NCBI GenBank assembly: GCA_965234725.1
Contig: CBDDUX010000021.1
Coordinates: forward strand, 1 to 53,510
Direction: 5' to 3'
Source: Thermoplasmatota archaeon
GTDB taxonomy: Archaea > Thermoplasmatota > Penumbrarchaeia > Penumbrarchaeales > Penumbrarchaeaceae
DNA: 53,510 bases
The notes under the pieces are model-generated. The model was not told the DNA's origin. It ran no database searches and saw only the letters and a program-made list of their open reading frames with translations. Below are positions 9,596 to 19,192 of this stretch, piece by piece (position 1 is the first letter of the stretch; each line of letters opens with the position of its first letter). A program made the translations under genes and the position numbers.

Positions 9596-12500
9596 TCACA
9601 CTCCTGGACCTTTCAATATATCATTCTCACCACTGTTATCCCCCAGAGGGACATTGGCAGCCTCTTCGTTCTGTTCTTGGGGGATTTTCCTCACATTATC
9701 CTCTTGTTCATTTTTTCCGGAAGTAACAGGAAGATCCGGCATCGGGGGAAGTTCCCTTCTAACAGATGCGGTACCAAGGAGGTTTTCAGCTCCTCCAGGT
9801 AAAGAACCTGCGGAAGTGGAACCCGTGGTACCTGGACTCTGTACTTGGGGAGGAACTTCCTCTTTCCCATCATTATCCTCCTTCTTTCTCCTCACCAGAA
9901 AGATGATCAGTATCCCTAATCCAATTCCGATCAGGAGAGGAATTAGACCGGAGATCGTGTAGAGGAGCCATGTCCTCATGACGCTTCCCCCATCCGCTGG
10001 TTTTCCAAGGACCTCCATTGTGAAGGTTGTGGAATTTTGGGCATTCTCGCTGTCTGAAGCCGTTACAGTGATCTCGTGGATGCCCACTCCAAGGGAAAAG
10101 GTGACATTGCTGCCTTCCCCGATCCCTCCTTCCAATGAAGAGATCCATTGGTAGCTAATGACATCTCCCCAGATGAGGTCCTCATCATCGGAGTATGCGG
10201 TCATCTTGATAGGATCACCTTCTGTAACCACTAACATCTCATTCTCCATGGAGGTGACAGGTCTGGAAGGTGGTTTGTTCACATTGACCACGGTAATATT
10301 GAATGAATCCTGTAATGTATCGATCCCGTCGGTCACAGAGAATAAGATCGTATGTTTTCCCACCATAGCATTGTCGGGAATAAAGTAGAAGCTCCCATTT
10401 GGATAAGAGAAAATGTTCTCGCCTTCCAACATTCCCGGGATCCCATTGATCATCTGAACGTGAACGCTTTCCCCATCCCGTTCATCTTCAGCTCCGATGT
10501 CAATGAAGATCCCCATTCCTTCCTCAACTGAGATATCAGGCGGACTTATCCATTCCGGAACATCGTTCATCGGATCGACCATGACAGTAATATTTGCTGT
10601 TGAATTCAAGATCCCATCGGTCGCCATGATCCAGAGCCAGAACTCACCGTTCACATCCTCTTCCGGATCAAGTTGTATACTTCCAGTAACAACAGAGGGA
10701 GAGATCTCGTCGGGGCCGTTAACCTCGAAGGTAAGATGATCACCATCAGCATCGAAGAACCATTCAGTAGGATCATAGGTCACAGGACCGCTGTCCTCCT
10801 CTAACCTCAATGGTCCGGTCAAGGGAATTATCTGTGGGGCCGAATTCCCCACTTCAAAGATGGCTATAAAAGGTTGGCTTTCCTCAACACCGTCCCAGGT
10901 GGTAATATGAACCTCCCACTCCTCTCCTTTATTCAAGACCGGATCCTCATACGATCTATCCGGGGTAGTTAGATTGTCATCGTAAATGTAGAGGTCCCCA
11001 TTGTGGAAGATGTATATGTTGTATCTCAACTGCTCCTCCGGTGTTTCCACATCTTCCCCCGGAAGAACCATTGATGTGGCGATCTGTCCGCCTGTAAGAG
11101 GTGACTGCGGGGTTACAGATACAAGAGGGGGAAGAGGTCGGTTGTTCCTTACTATCAGTTTGGTTTCCATCTCGACGGTCTCTCCCACTTCGCCTGCTGA
11201 ATCAACGGGGGTTGCCCTGAAAGAATAATCCCCGACCATGGATGAGGTCCCTGTGGATACCCTGACCTCCCAGAATCCGTTATTCCAGAGAGGTTCGGAG
11301 ATGGTATCCTTTGTCCATGAATCTACACCGGGCATCTTAACCTCCACATCGAGTGAGAGATAAACGGGATCCTCCTCCATGTCAGAGGCCTCTATCCTGA
11401 GAAGTGTTCCTTCCGTCCTCCAGATCTCGGTTTCTTCTATCTCCATACTATCAATGGAAGGGGGGGTGGAAGATCCGAGTTTGATCCTCGTCAATCTTGG
11501 TGAGAGGGTCCCTGTCTTGAGGATCCGGACCTTTACATAGAATTCATCAATGCTGTCAGGGAGGTTGGCCAGAGTTCTACTACCCCAGTTAATTGGGGTC
11601 AAACCTCCTTCAGTGTTCAGAACATCCGAGGCCTCGGCCTCATACCCGGGAACTATGCTCATATTCGAGGAATGGATGGAGAATTTGCAGTAATCCTCAT
11701 TGGTAAGGAACTTCCCCTCGGCCCAAAGATGGTGAGGTGGGGTCTTCTCCACCTTGAATGGACCGAAAACACCATATCCGCTGAAGGATCCGCTGATCAG
11801 TTCCATTCCCAGAGAGGTGACCCTAACATCTTTCTTACTCGCGATGTAGAGCTCATTATCAACGGAGAGGGAAAAGGGGTATGATATCGTATAATTGAGG
11901 ATGATCGAGAAAAGAAAGGGATACTCTCCGGAAATTGAATCAAACAGGAATTCAAAGATGACGGAATCGGGGGTTCCAGCATCGTTCAATCCGGTAAGGT
12001 CCACAACATGCTGACAGCTCATACATCCTAAAGACCCATTAGGAGAAGAATGGACTGAAAATGAACCCACGGAGGGGTATATCCTCATTCCATCATGATC
12101 CCTCACAATGAATTCGAATGAATCCTCATTTTCAACTCCCCCAAGGGATAAACCCATCTGATCCCAGCTATGTAATGCCGGCACTGTTATGATACCCGTT
12201 TTCAACGAACCTCTCTGAGATCTTTCGTAGGTCCCGATCTGGATCTGGGTGCCGTTCATGAATACGGACATCTTCATATCATCACTCAAACAAGGACTGT
12301 GAACCGTCCCTGCACCAAAGCTGTCCAATTCGTAGTTCAATCCGGAATCCGATGATCTGGCGGTACTGATCCTTCCGTTTCCGTCCTCAAAGAGGATCAA
12401 TACGTCATCTCTGTGAGAGGATATCGTCATCTCACAATCTATGGGATCCATACCGTTGGAAATCACCTGAGATATCTCCCTGATATCGACTTGAAGTGAG

Positions 12501-13522
12501 CCTTTGGAAGTAAAGATCCCCAAACTGCCCTGTGATTGAAAATAGACGGCCCCATGGATCGTATCTCCCGTTCCGGTGGCAACCATATCCTTCATCACCA
12601 TGTTAGAGGTGGCAACCGTTTCAGGAGAAGAGGACCAGCTGGCACCTCTATCGGTAGAAACGATTTTCCTTATTGAAAGAGGGTTGCTTGTTTCAAAAAA
12701 TAAAAGTGAGATCACCTCGTTATTATTCTCCACCGTCCTTACGGGGGCAATGACCCCCATATTCCTCCCAAAGATCATTTCGGAGCTCCAGGTGCCGTTG
12801 GAATAGACGTAATACCTTGGCTGAACGATACCATCTGTTTTCATGAAAAAGAGCATCCTGTCCTTTACGCCTATCATCTTGGTTTGACTAACCGGACCGT
12901 TTAAGGTAAACGATTCATAATTGACCGAGGATATATTCCAGCAGTTTTGAAGCGGTGTGACCCTGACCATCGCATCGATATTCGAAGGGCCGTTCTTATC
13001 AATAATTCCAAAGAATAATTTCTCCTCGTGAACGAGGATCTCGACATTTCCCCTTGTCGTTCCATATGAGCGATCCACTTCGATATGGTTCCAGGAACTT
13101 CCGTCATCGGTGGAGATGGCAAGCATATAGGCCATGCCCTGCATGGGAGATGTTATGGTTTTCACATATCCCAACAATGTAAATCGACCCTCCACAACAC
13201 AGGTCCTGGCCGAGTGGATCTCCCTAAGGGATAATTCGCTGACTTCGAACCTGGATCTCTCTTTATAAGAATACGGATCAAGCTCAAGGTATGATCCCTC
13301 ACGCAACCTCAGTCCCTTATGTGAATCGATCCAGTCCCCTTCTCCTACATCGAGAACAGTACATGTTCTTGGAAGATCCATGTCAACAGAACGATAACTA
13401 ACGGGAGAATTCTGGGACAAAGGATACTGTTCTCTGCTTTCCGAGCTCATGACCGGAGGTAAAAGTAACAATAGGATCAATGAAAAAATTACCAACATTC
13501 TTCCATACACTACCTTGAACAT
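9596..13522 (-). CDS. Cell-surface protein: Asp-box propeller region, Ig/cadherin-like repeats, PKD-like domain and TM anchor
   Basis: Signal peptide; Asp-boxes STDDGSSW, STDRGASW; cadherin-like motifs (LEEDS...FFDADGDHL, VDPMNDVP, VVNVNKPP); TM WLLYTISGLIPLLIGIGLGILIIFLV-RRKK. Confidence 0.85.
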   Translation of the reverse strand: MFKVVYGRMLVIFSLILLLLLPPVMSSESREQYPLSQNSPVSYRSVDMDLPRTCTVLDVGEGDWIDSHKGLRLREGSYLELDPYSYKERSRFEVSELSLREIHSARTCVVEGRFTLLGYVKTITSPMQGMAYMLAISTDDGSSWNHIEVDRSYGTTRGNVEILVHEEKLFFGIIDKNGPSNIDAMVRVTPLQNCWNISSVNYESFTLNGPVSQTKMIGVKDRMLFFMKTDGIVQPRYYVYSNGTWSSEMIFGRNMGVIAPVRTVENNNEVISLLFFETSNPLSIRKIVSTDRGASWSSSPETVATSNMVMKDMVATGTGDTIHGAVYFQSQGSLGIFTSKGSLQVDIREISQVISNGMDPIDCEMTISSHRDDVLILFEDGNGRISTARSSDSGLNYELDSFGAGTVHSPCLSDDMKMSVFMNGTQIQIGTYERSQRGSLKTGIITVPALHSWDQMGLSLGGVENEDSFEFIVRDHDGMRIYPSVGSFSVHSSPNGSLGCMSCQHVVDLTGLNDAGTPDSVIFEFLFDSISGEYPFLFSIILNYTISYPFSLSVDNELYIASKKDVRVTSLGMELISGSFSGYGVFGPFKVEKTPPHHLWAEGKFLTNEDYCKFSIHSSNMSIVPGYEAEASDVLNTEGGLTPINWGSRTLANLPDSIDEFYVKVRILKTGTLSPRLTRIKLGSSTPPSIDSMEIEETEIWRTEGTLLRIEASDMEEDPVYLSLDVEVKMPGVDSWTKDTISEPLWNNGFWEVRVSTGTSSMVGDYSFRATPVDSAGEVGETVEMETKLIVRNNRPLPPLVSVTPQSPLTGGQIATSMVLPGEDVETPEEQLRYNIYIFHNGDLYIYDDNLTTPDRSYEDPVLNKGEEWEVHITTWDGVEESQPFIAIFEVGNSAPQIIPLTGPLRLEEDSGPVTYDPTEWFFDADGDHLTFEVNGPDEISPSVVTGSIQLDPEEDVNGEFWLWIMATDGILNSTANITVMVDPMNDVPEWISPPDISVEEGMGIFIDIGAEDERDGESVHVQMINGIPGMLEGENIFSYPNGSFYFIPDNAMVGKHTILFSVTDGIDTLQDSFNITVVNVNKPPSRPVTSMENEMLVVTEGDPIKMTAYSDDEDLIWGDVISYQWISSLEGGIGEGSNVTFSLGVGIHEITVTASDSENAQNSTTFTMEVLGKPADGGSVMRTWLLYTISGLIPLLIGIGLGILIIFLVRRKKEDNDGKEEVPPQVQSPGTTGSTSAGSLPGGAENLLGTASVRRELPPMPDLPVTSGKNEQEDNVRKIPQEQNEEAANVPLGDNSGENDILKGPGV

Positions 13523-13604
13523 GAGTTTAACCCTTCCTTGTGAATATTCAATTTATACTATTCATTAATAACTTTATTGGTACATGTTCAAAGTATATTC
13601 CATG

Positions 13605-14528
13605 TCAAGAAATGTTCATTTTTACCTTTCCCGAAGATAGTAGAACGACCCGTGATGGAGGATTCTTCCCGACCACTTCATATCCCGAGAGCTCTGACAT
13701 CCGGGAGGCAAAAACGGATATCTCTTCAAAAGATGGCATATTCTCCATCTTCATCCTCTCCCGTGAATATCCCACATAGACATATCCCTTGGGCTCGATG
13801 AAATCCGGATCAGCGATCTTATCAAGGGAAGCATATTCCTCCTCGAAACCAAGGTTCCATCCTTTAACAAGGGTATGTCTGGCCACGGTCCTGGTATCCA
13901 GGGATGGGAGAAGCTCAAGGGTCCTCATCAATCTCTCCCATCCATCACTGACCTTAGGTTTGCAAAGGGATCTGTATATCTCTTCGTTGGGAGCATCTAC
14001 AGAAATATATAGCTGAGTAGGAAGCGGGTCCAACCTTTCAAGGACCTCTGGAAACGTTCCATTTGTCACAAGGAACGTGGTGAAACCTCTCCTCTTATAT
14101 TCGGCGATTAGGTCCCCAAGGTATGGGTACATCGTGGGCTCGCCAGTAAGGGAGATCGCAACCTGATTGGGTTCTCTAGCCTCCTCCCAGACCTTAGGGT
14201 CGCATCTATCGTCCCCTTTGAAACCGGATACCAATCTTCTCTGGGCTTCGATCGTTCCATCCACAATTGTAACCGGATCGTCCCATTCCATCACCACATC
14301 CTCCGATCCCTGGTATCTCCAGCAGTACAAACAGGAGTGGTTGCACATATTGGCAACAGGGGTCATCTGTAGGCATCTATGGCTATTTATTCCGAAGAAG
14401 GACTGTTTGTAACAAACACGGTCCCTCATTATGGATTCTTTCAACCAATGGCAAGTCTTGACGGCGGAATGGTTCCCTACAACAGCATATCCCTGTTTCT
14501 CGAACATGGCCTTCAGATTGGGATCCAT
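13605..14528 (-). CDS. taw1: 4-demethylwyosine synthase TYW1/Taw1 (radical SAM)
   Basis: HSAVKTCHW, CYKQSFFGINSHRCLQMTP, CNHSCLYC (CxxxCxxC), AISLTGEPT, FIEPKGY; archaeal length with no flavodoxin domain. Confidence 0.95.
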   Translation of the reverse strand: MDPNLKAMFEKQGYAVVGNHSAVKTCHWLKESIMRDRVCYKQSFFGINSHRCLQMTPVANMCNHSCLYCWRYQGSEDVVMEWDDPVTIVDGTIEAQRRLVSGFKGDDRCDPKVWEEAREPNQVAISLTGEPTMYPYLGDLIAEYKRRGFTTFLVTNGTFPEVLERLDPLPTQLYISVDAPNEEIYRSLCKPKVSDGWERLMRTLELLPSLDTRTVARHTLVKGWNLGFEEEYASLDKIADPDFIEPKGYVYVGYSRERMKMENMPSFEEISVFASRMSELSGYEVVGKNPPSRVVLLSSGKVKMNIS

Positions 14529-14585
14529 GGCCTGGAAAATTGCATACCATACATAATATCATCGGATCAAAAGGTTCATCCATCT

Positions 14586-16256
14586 TCAGAATAGACCAAC
14601 AGCCTTTCCTTCGCTGTCAATGTCCATTTTTTCTGCTGCAGGGGATCTTGGCAGACCCGGCATTCTCATGATAGTACCTGTCATGGGGATCAAGAATCCA
14701 GCTCCAGCCGACAGGTGCATATCCCTGATGGTGATCTTGAACTTGGTAGGAGAACCCAGTAATGTAGGATCATCAGATAATGAGTACTGGGTCTTGGCCA
14801 TACAAATGGGTAAGGATGAATATCCCATTGCTTCATATTTTTCCATGGCCTTTGTTGCTTCCACTGTGAACTGGACCTTTCCCGCACCGTAGATGTTGTG
14901 GCATATGCTCTTGATCTTTTCTTTTATGGAAAGATGGTCCGGATACAAGGTATTGAAACAGTGAGGGCAGTTATGGATGACCTCTTTCAACTTCTTTGCA
15001 ACCTCAAGGGCTCCTTTCCCTCCGTTGGCATGATGGTCCGAAATAGCCACGGGTATTCCCATACCTTCACAGAGATGAAGGACCTCCTGGATCTCATCCT
15101 CATGATCATTTTCGAAAAGATTGATAGCAACTACGACCGGAACACCGAACATCTGGACTATACCCAGATGCCTTGCAAGGTTCGAAGCTCCTTTTCTCAC
15201 CGCAAGTACGTTCTGTTCTTCCAGGTCCTCCTTCATGATCCCTCCGTGCATCTTCAGAGAACGTGTCGTCACAACAAGAATGACCGCAGATGGGGTAAGG
15301 CCAGTGGTTCTGGCGAATATATTGAAGAACTTCTCCGCTCCCAGGTCCGAACCGAAACCGGCTTCGGTTATGAAATAATCGCTCAGGTGAAGTCCGATCA
15401 GGGTGGACAGATACGAAGATGTGCCGTGGGCGATATTTGCGAAAGGTCCACCGTGAACGAAAGCAGGAACACCCTCGATAGTTTGAACCAGATTGGGCCT
15501 AATAGCATCCCTCAGGAGCATTGTCATGGCACCGACGACCTTGAGATCCCTGGCAAAGACCGGTTCCCCCTTTCCGTTATATGCAATTATGATCCTTTCA
15601 AGTCTGTTCCTGAGGTCCTGAAGTGAGGATGATAGACATAATATTGCCATGACCTCGCTTGCGGCCGTGATATCAAAGGAATCCTCCTGCGGCATCCCAC
15701 TCTTCTCCCCTCCGAGACCGATCACGATATTCCTCAGTGACCTGTCGTTCATATCCATTACCCGGTGCCATTCTATTCTCCTGGGATCGATATCAAGCTC
15801 GTTCCCATGATGCATATGGTTATTGAGGACAGCGGCAAGCAGGTTATGAGCGGCAGTGATCGCGTGCATATCCCCAGTGAAATGTAGGTTGATATCTTCC
15901 ATGGGAAGGACCTGGGAATAACCTCCTCCGGCAGCCCCTCCCTTGATCCCGAATACAGGACCCATAGAGGGCTCCCTTATTCCGAGCATGACCTTCTCTC
16001 CCTGAAGAGATAGGGCCTGAGCAAGACCGATCGTCATTGTTGTCTTCCCTTCTCCTGCAGGCGTGGGACTCGTTGTTGTGACGAGGACCAGGTGGCCCTT
16101 TTTCTCATCCTTTACCCTTTCCAGGACCCCGAGGTCCACCTTCGCCTTGAAGGATCCCCAGGCCGAGACCTCACTCTCTTTCAATCCTGCCCTTTCGGCT
16201 ATGACCCCAATAGGTTCGAGGACAGCCCTCTGTGCGATCTCGATATCGGATTCCAT
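14586..16256 (-). CDS. fhs: Formate--tetrahydrofolate ligase
   Basis: PTPAGEGKTT, GIKGGAAGGGYSQVLPMEDINLHFTGDMHAI, HGGPFANIAHG, TEAGFGSDLGAEKF, CMAKTQYS; 556 aa. Confidence 0.97.
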   Translation of the reverse strand: MESDIEIAQRAVLEPIGVIAERAGLKESEVSAWGSFKAKVDLGVLERVKDEKKGHLVLVTTTSPTPAGEGKTTMTIGLAQALSLQGEKVMLGIREPSMGPVFGIKGGAAGGGYSQVLPMEDINLHFTGDMHAITAAHNLLAAVLNNHMHHGNELDIDPRRIEWHRVMDMNDRSLRNIVIGLGGEKSGMPQEDSFDITAASEVMAILCLSSSLQDLRNRLERIIIAYNGKGEPVFARDLKVVGAMTMLLRDAIRPNLVQTIEGVPAFVHGGPFANIAHGTSSYLSTLIGLHLSDYFITEAGFGSDLGAEKFFNIFARTTGLTPSAVILVVTTRSLKMHGGIMKEDLEEQNVLAVRKGASNLARHLGIVQMFGVPVVVAINLFENDHEDEIQEVLHLCEGMGIPVAISDHHANGGKGALEVAKKLKEVIHNCPHCFNTLYPDHLSIKEKIKSICHNIYGAGKVQFTVEATKAMEKYEAMGYSSLPICMAKTQYSLSDDPTLLGSPTKFKITIRDMHLSAGAGFLIPMTGTIMRMPGLPRSPAAEKMDIDSEGKAVGLF

Positions 16257-16330
16257 GGAGGTGAATCTAGATCATTATTGAATAATCTGTTCATTGTCAA
16301 ATACTATGAGATCATTGCCGGGATCAGGTC

Positions 16331-19078
16331 GTGATACCTTTGGATATCAGGGAGCTTGTTAGGTTGAAGAAGGGGATAGGCGGCCTGGAACCGCCTTACA
16401 ACATCGGCATCCTGCTTGGAAGGGAGAAGGCCGGAAAGGACCACATTGGTATCATCTACACCATGAACGGAGAATTGAAGATCAAATGGAAGAACCTCCG
16501 GGAAGCCTGGGGAAGGATATACCAGGGCGATAAAAAGGACACAGGGTCCATGAAAATGTTCCTCAAGCAAGCTTTGGATGAGGAAAGGAAAGGATTGATA
16601 CTTACTCTGGAGGCGGAAGAGATCATTGAAAAGGTTTCGATAAAGGACCTCTGGAATTCGATCATGGAAAAAAGAGAGAAATGGCGATCGGATGGGATTA
16701 ATACTCCAGATTTTTGCGAAAATGTGATATTAAACGCGGAAATGATCGGCAATCTGTTCTATGAACCCAAGATACTGGAAAAAAAACACATATCAGCAGT
16801 GGCAAAGGTCCTTTCTTCCTGTGATGATCCATCCCAACCTTACTTCCACAGGGTGGATATCGATGGGAAGCGTTCGTATCTGCCCTATAAGAGAGAAACA
16901 CTGACCAATATCAAGGATCACATATACCGATTGGAAGATCTGAGAAGTATCTTCATTCAGGTAACGGAAGAAGAGACAGGAGGTGGCCAAACAATCCGCA
17001 GTGCCCATTCTCGGTTCGAAGACCCGAGGGATGCTGTTCTTTCCCAGACCCAGGAATTGGAGATGGATATTATCTGTAATTGGGCAAAAATGTTCCTGGA
17101 AAAGGGTAAATGGATGTATACTGGCGATGGAGGTTTCGGGCTAGGGGGAACACCCGCAGGGAGAATGGAGAATTTCGATCTGGAAAGGTACATCTCCGAT
17201 CTCTCCCACCATATATCGAACACAGGTGGAAGGGATCTTGCCTCCGATCTGGTTGGAATGCTTTTAAAACTCGAAAAGATCAGTTGGATGAAAGCATCAG
17301 AACTGGTGGTCGATTATAATCTGGGTTCCGGAAAGAGGAAGTTCCACAGAGATTTCCCCCAGCATGTCCTGAGGAAAGCAAAGGGACTTAGCGGCAGTGT
17401 TGGAGAAGAGGAGATCAAGGGGAGAAAGGACCTGAGAGATGTGGAAACATATACCATTGATCCTCCGGATGCAAAGGACTTCGATGATGCCGTCTCGATC
17501 TCGACGGATGGCGAGGGTAATTGGGAGGTATGGGTCCATATAGCAGACGTGAGCCATTATGTCAGGTCCGGTGACCTGATCGATGATGAGGCAAGATACA
17601 GGGGCACATCGGTCTATCTTCCCACCGGCGTCATTCCAATGCTTCCTCCGGAGCTCTCCGAGGAACTCTGTTCCCTCAAAGAGGGAGTGGATAGATTGAC
17701 AGTAAGCACAATGGTCAGATTGTCCCCTGAGATGAATATCATTTCATTTGACCATTACAGAAGTGTCATCAAGGTCGATAGGAACCTTTCTTACGATTCG
17801 GTTGACAGATACATCAATGATGGGGTGGAACCTTTCATCTCGCTTCAGAAGGTATCAGAAGGTCTGAGATCAACGATACCAAGGCTGGACCTCGATATCC
17901 CCGAGAGAAGGGTTCGATTCACGGGTGATAACGAGATCGATGTGTTCTTAAAAAGACAGACAAAGGCCATGGTCATGATCGAACAGTTGATGGTGATCAC
18001 CAATGAAGCTGCGGCCTCTACTATCGGTTGTAACGGGCTCTCTGTCCCATACAGGGTCCACCCTCTTCCGGATTCATCCTCGATCGAGAAATTCAATGCC
18101 ACATGCAGATCATTGGGCCTCAACATCGAGCTTCCAATGGATCGGATCGAGGAAGATGTTCCCAAGGATGGAGGTGAAAGGACCTCCCCGGAGGAGGATC
18201 AAATGTTGAGATCACTTCTATCCGGTGGGAAGGTCAGTTTCGGGGCCTTGAACTTGGAATTCTCTGAAATGGAAGAAGAGGACGAGAAGGATGGACTAAA
18301 TGCCGGAGGGGAAGATATTGGAAATAAAAAGGCTGTCCCAAAGGAGGCAATAGACAGGGCAGTGGAGGCATTCAACAAGGCCCTGGAAGAGATCGGTTCC
18401 TTAGGGGATATGGACCGGGAGAACCTCCTTAAATTGCGTATGCTTAGGACAATGCCCCGGGCATTCTATTCCGAGGACAACATTGGTCATTTCGGTCTTG
18501 GATCCGAATGTTACTGCCATTTCACATCACCTATCAGAAGATACCCGGACATCCTGGCACATCGGGCGATCACATCCATCATCGAGAGAAATGGAGGTCC
18601 CGGATCGGGATCGGACCCACCCAGCAGGGAAGAGATATCCGGGATGATGGAGCATGTCAATGAAATGACGGGGGATGCGGAAGAATGGGAAAGGGAAATG
18701 GTCGATGTCGCCCTTGCAACTAGAACCTTCATGAACCAAGAGTTCAGGAACAGATCCCATGGTTCTATTGTGAGGTCCCTCACTCCATCAATGATCTTTC
18801 TGGGATTAGATGATGGTGTCACAGAAGGCCGGATACCAATAAGAACACTTTCACCACTAAGGCTGCATATCGATGACAGTGAAACATCGGTGATCGCATC
18901 ATTACAGGGAAACGAGGATGCTGATGTAAAAGACCCGATCATGGCAGATCTTCTGCAAAATGAAGGATCGGATATTATCCTCTTCAAGATCGGTGATAGA
19001 AGGGCCTGCAAGGTCCACTCGATCTCCATAGCTCAGGGGAAGATCGACCTGTCCTTCACCGCTGGTCATGAAAATTGA
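16331..19078 (+). CDS. RNB-domain 3'-5' exoribonuclease (RNase R/II family) with a long atypical N-terminus
   Basis: Catalytic motif TIDPPDAKDFDDA, VHIADVSHYV, RGTSVYLP, HFTSPIRRYPD, C-terminal S1-like region. Confidence 0.9.
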   Translation: MIPLDIRELVRLKKGIGGLEPPYNIGILLGREKAGKDHIGIIYTMNGELKIKWKNLREAWGRIYQGDKKDTGSMKMFLKQALDEERKGLILTLEAEEIIEKVSIKDLWNSIMEKREKWRSDGINTPDFCENVILNAEMIGNLFYEPKILEKKHISAVAKVLSSCDDPSQPYFHRVDIDGKRSYLPYKRETLTNIKDHIYRLEDLRSIFIQVTEEETGGGQTIRSAHSRFEDPRDAVLSQTQELEMDIICNWAKMFLEKGKWMYTGDGGFGLGGTPAGRMENFDLERYISDLSHHISNTGGRDLASDLVGMLLKLEKISWMKASELVVDYNLGSGKRKFHRDFPQHVLRKAKGLSGSVGEEEIKGRKDLRDVETYTIDPPDAKDFDDAVSISTDGEGNWEVWVHIADVSHYVRSGDLIDDEARYRGTSVYLPTGVIPMLPPELSEELCSLKEGVDRLTVSTMVRLSPEMNIISFDHYRSVIKVDRNLSYDSVDRYINDGVEPFISLQKVSEGLRSTIPRLDLDIPERRVRFTGDNEIDVFLKRQTKAMVMIEQLMVITNEAAASTIGCNGLSVPYRVHPLPDSSSIEKFNATCRSLGLNIELPMDRIEEDVPKDGGERTSPEEDQMLRSLLSGGKVSFGALNLEFSEMEEEDEKDGLNAGGEDIGNKKAVPKEAIDRAVEAFNKALEEIGSLGDMDRENLLKLRMLRTMPRAFYSEDNIGHFGLGSECYCHFTSPIRRYPDILAHRAITSIIERNGGPGSGSDPPSREEISGMMEHVNEMTGDAEEWEREMVDVALATRTFMNQEFRNRSHGSIVRSLTPSMIFLGLDDGVTEGRIPIRTLSPLRLHIDDSETSVIASLQGNEDADVKDPIMADLLQNEGSDIILFKIGDRRACKVHSISIAQGKIDLSFTAGHEN

Positions 19079-19153
19079 TTTTTCTATCATCTGAGAATAT
19101 GAACGCATATATTTAATTGAAATGTACTCCTTGAGGTTATTTGCAGTCTGGTG

Positions 19154-19174
19154 GAACCTGTTTTTAAAAGGTTC
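19154..19174 (+). promoter_or_regulatory. Putative BRE/TATA promoter of the DnaA-like gene, flanked by a short inverted repeat
   Basis: GAACCT-GTTTTTAAA-AGGTTC, about 25-30 nt upstream of GTG 19193; similar to AACCTTTTTAAA upstream of cdc48. Confidence 0.45.
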
Positions 19175-19192
19175 TCAATGGGGGAATGATCC

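Noticed and set aside
14898-15626. 242-aa plus-strand ORF and similar long antisense ORFs (e.g. 21847-22449, 40307-40936, 43111-43683)
   Set aside because: They are shadow frames opposite well-supported genes and carry no motifs.
16254-16266. Anti-SD-like TCACCTCC directly before the fhs ATG (GGAGGTGA on the plus strand)
   Set aside because: No suitably placed plus-strand ORF follows; a single 8-mer can be chance, and it may lie outside the transcript.
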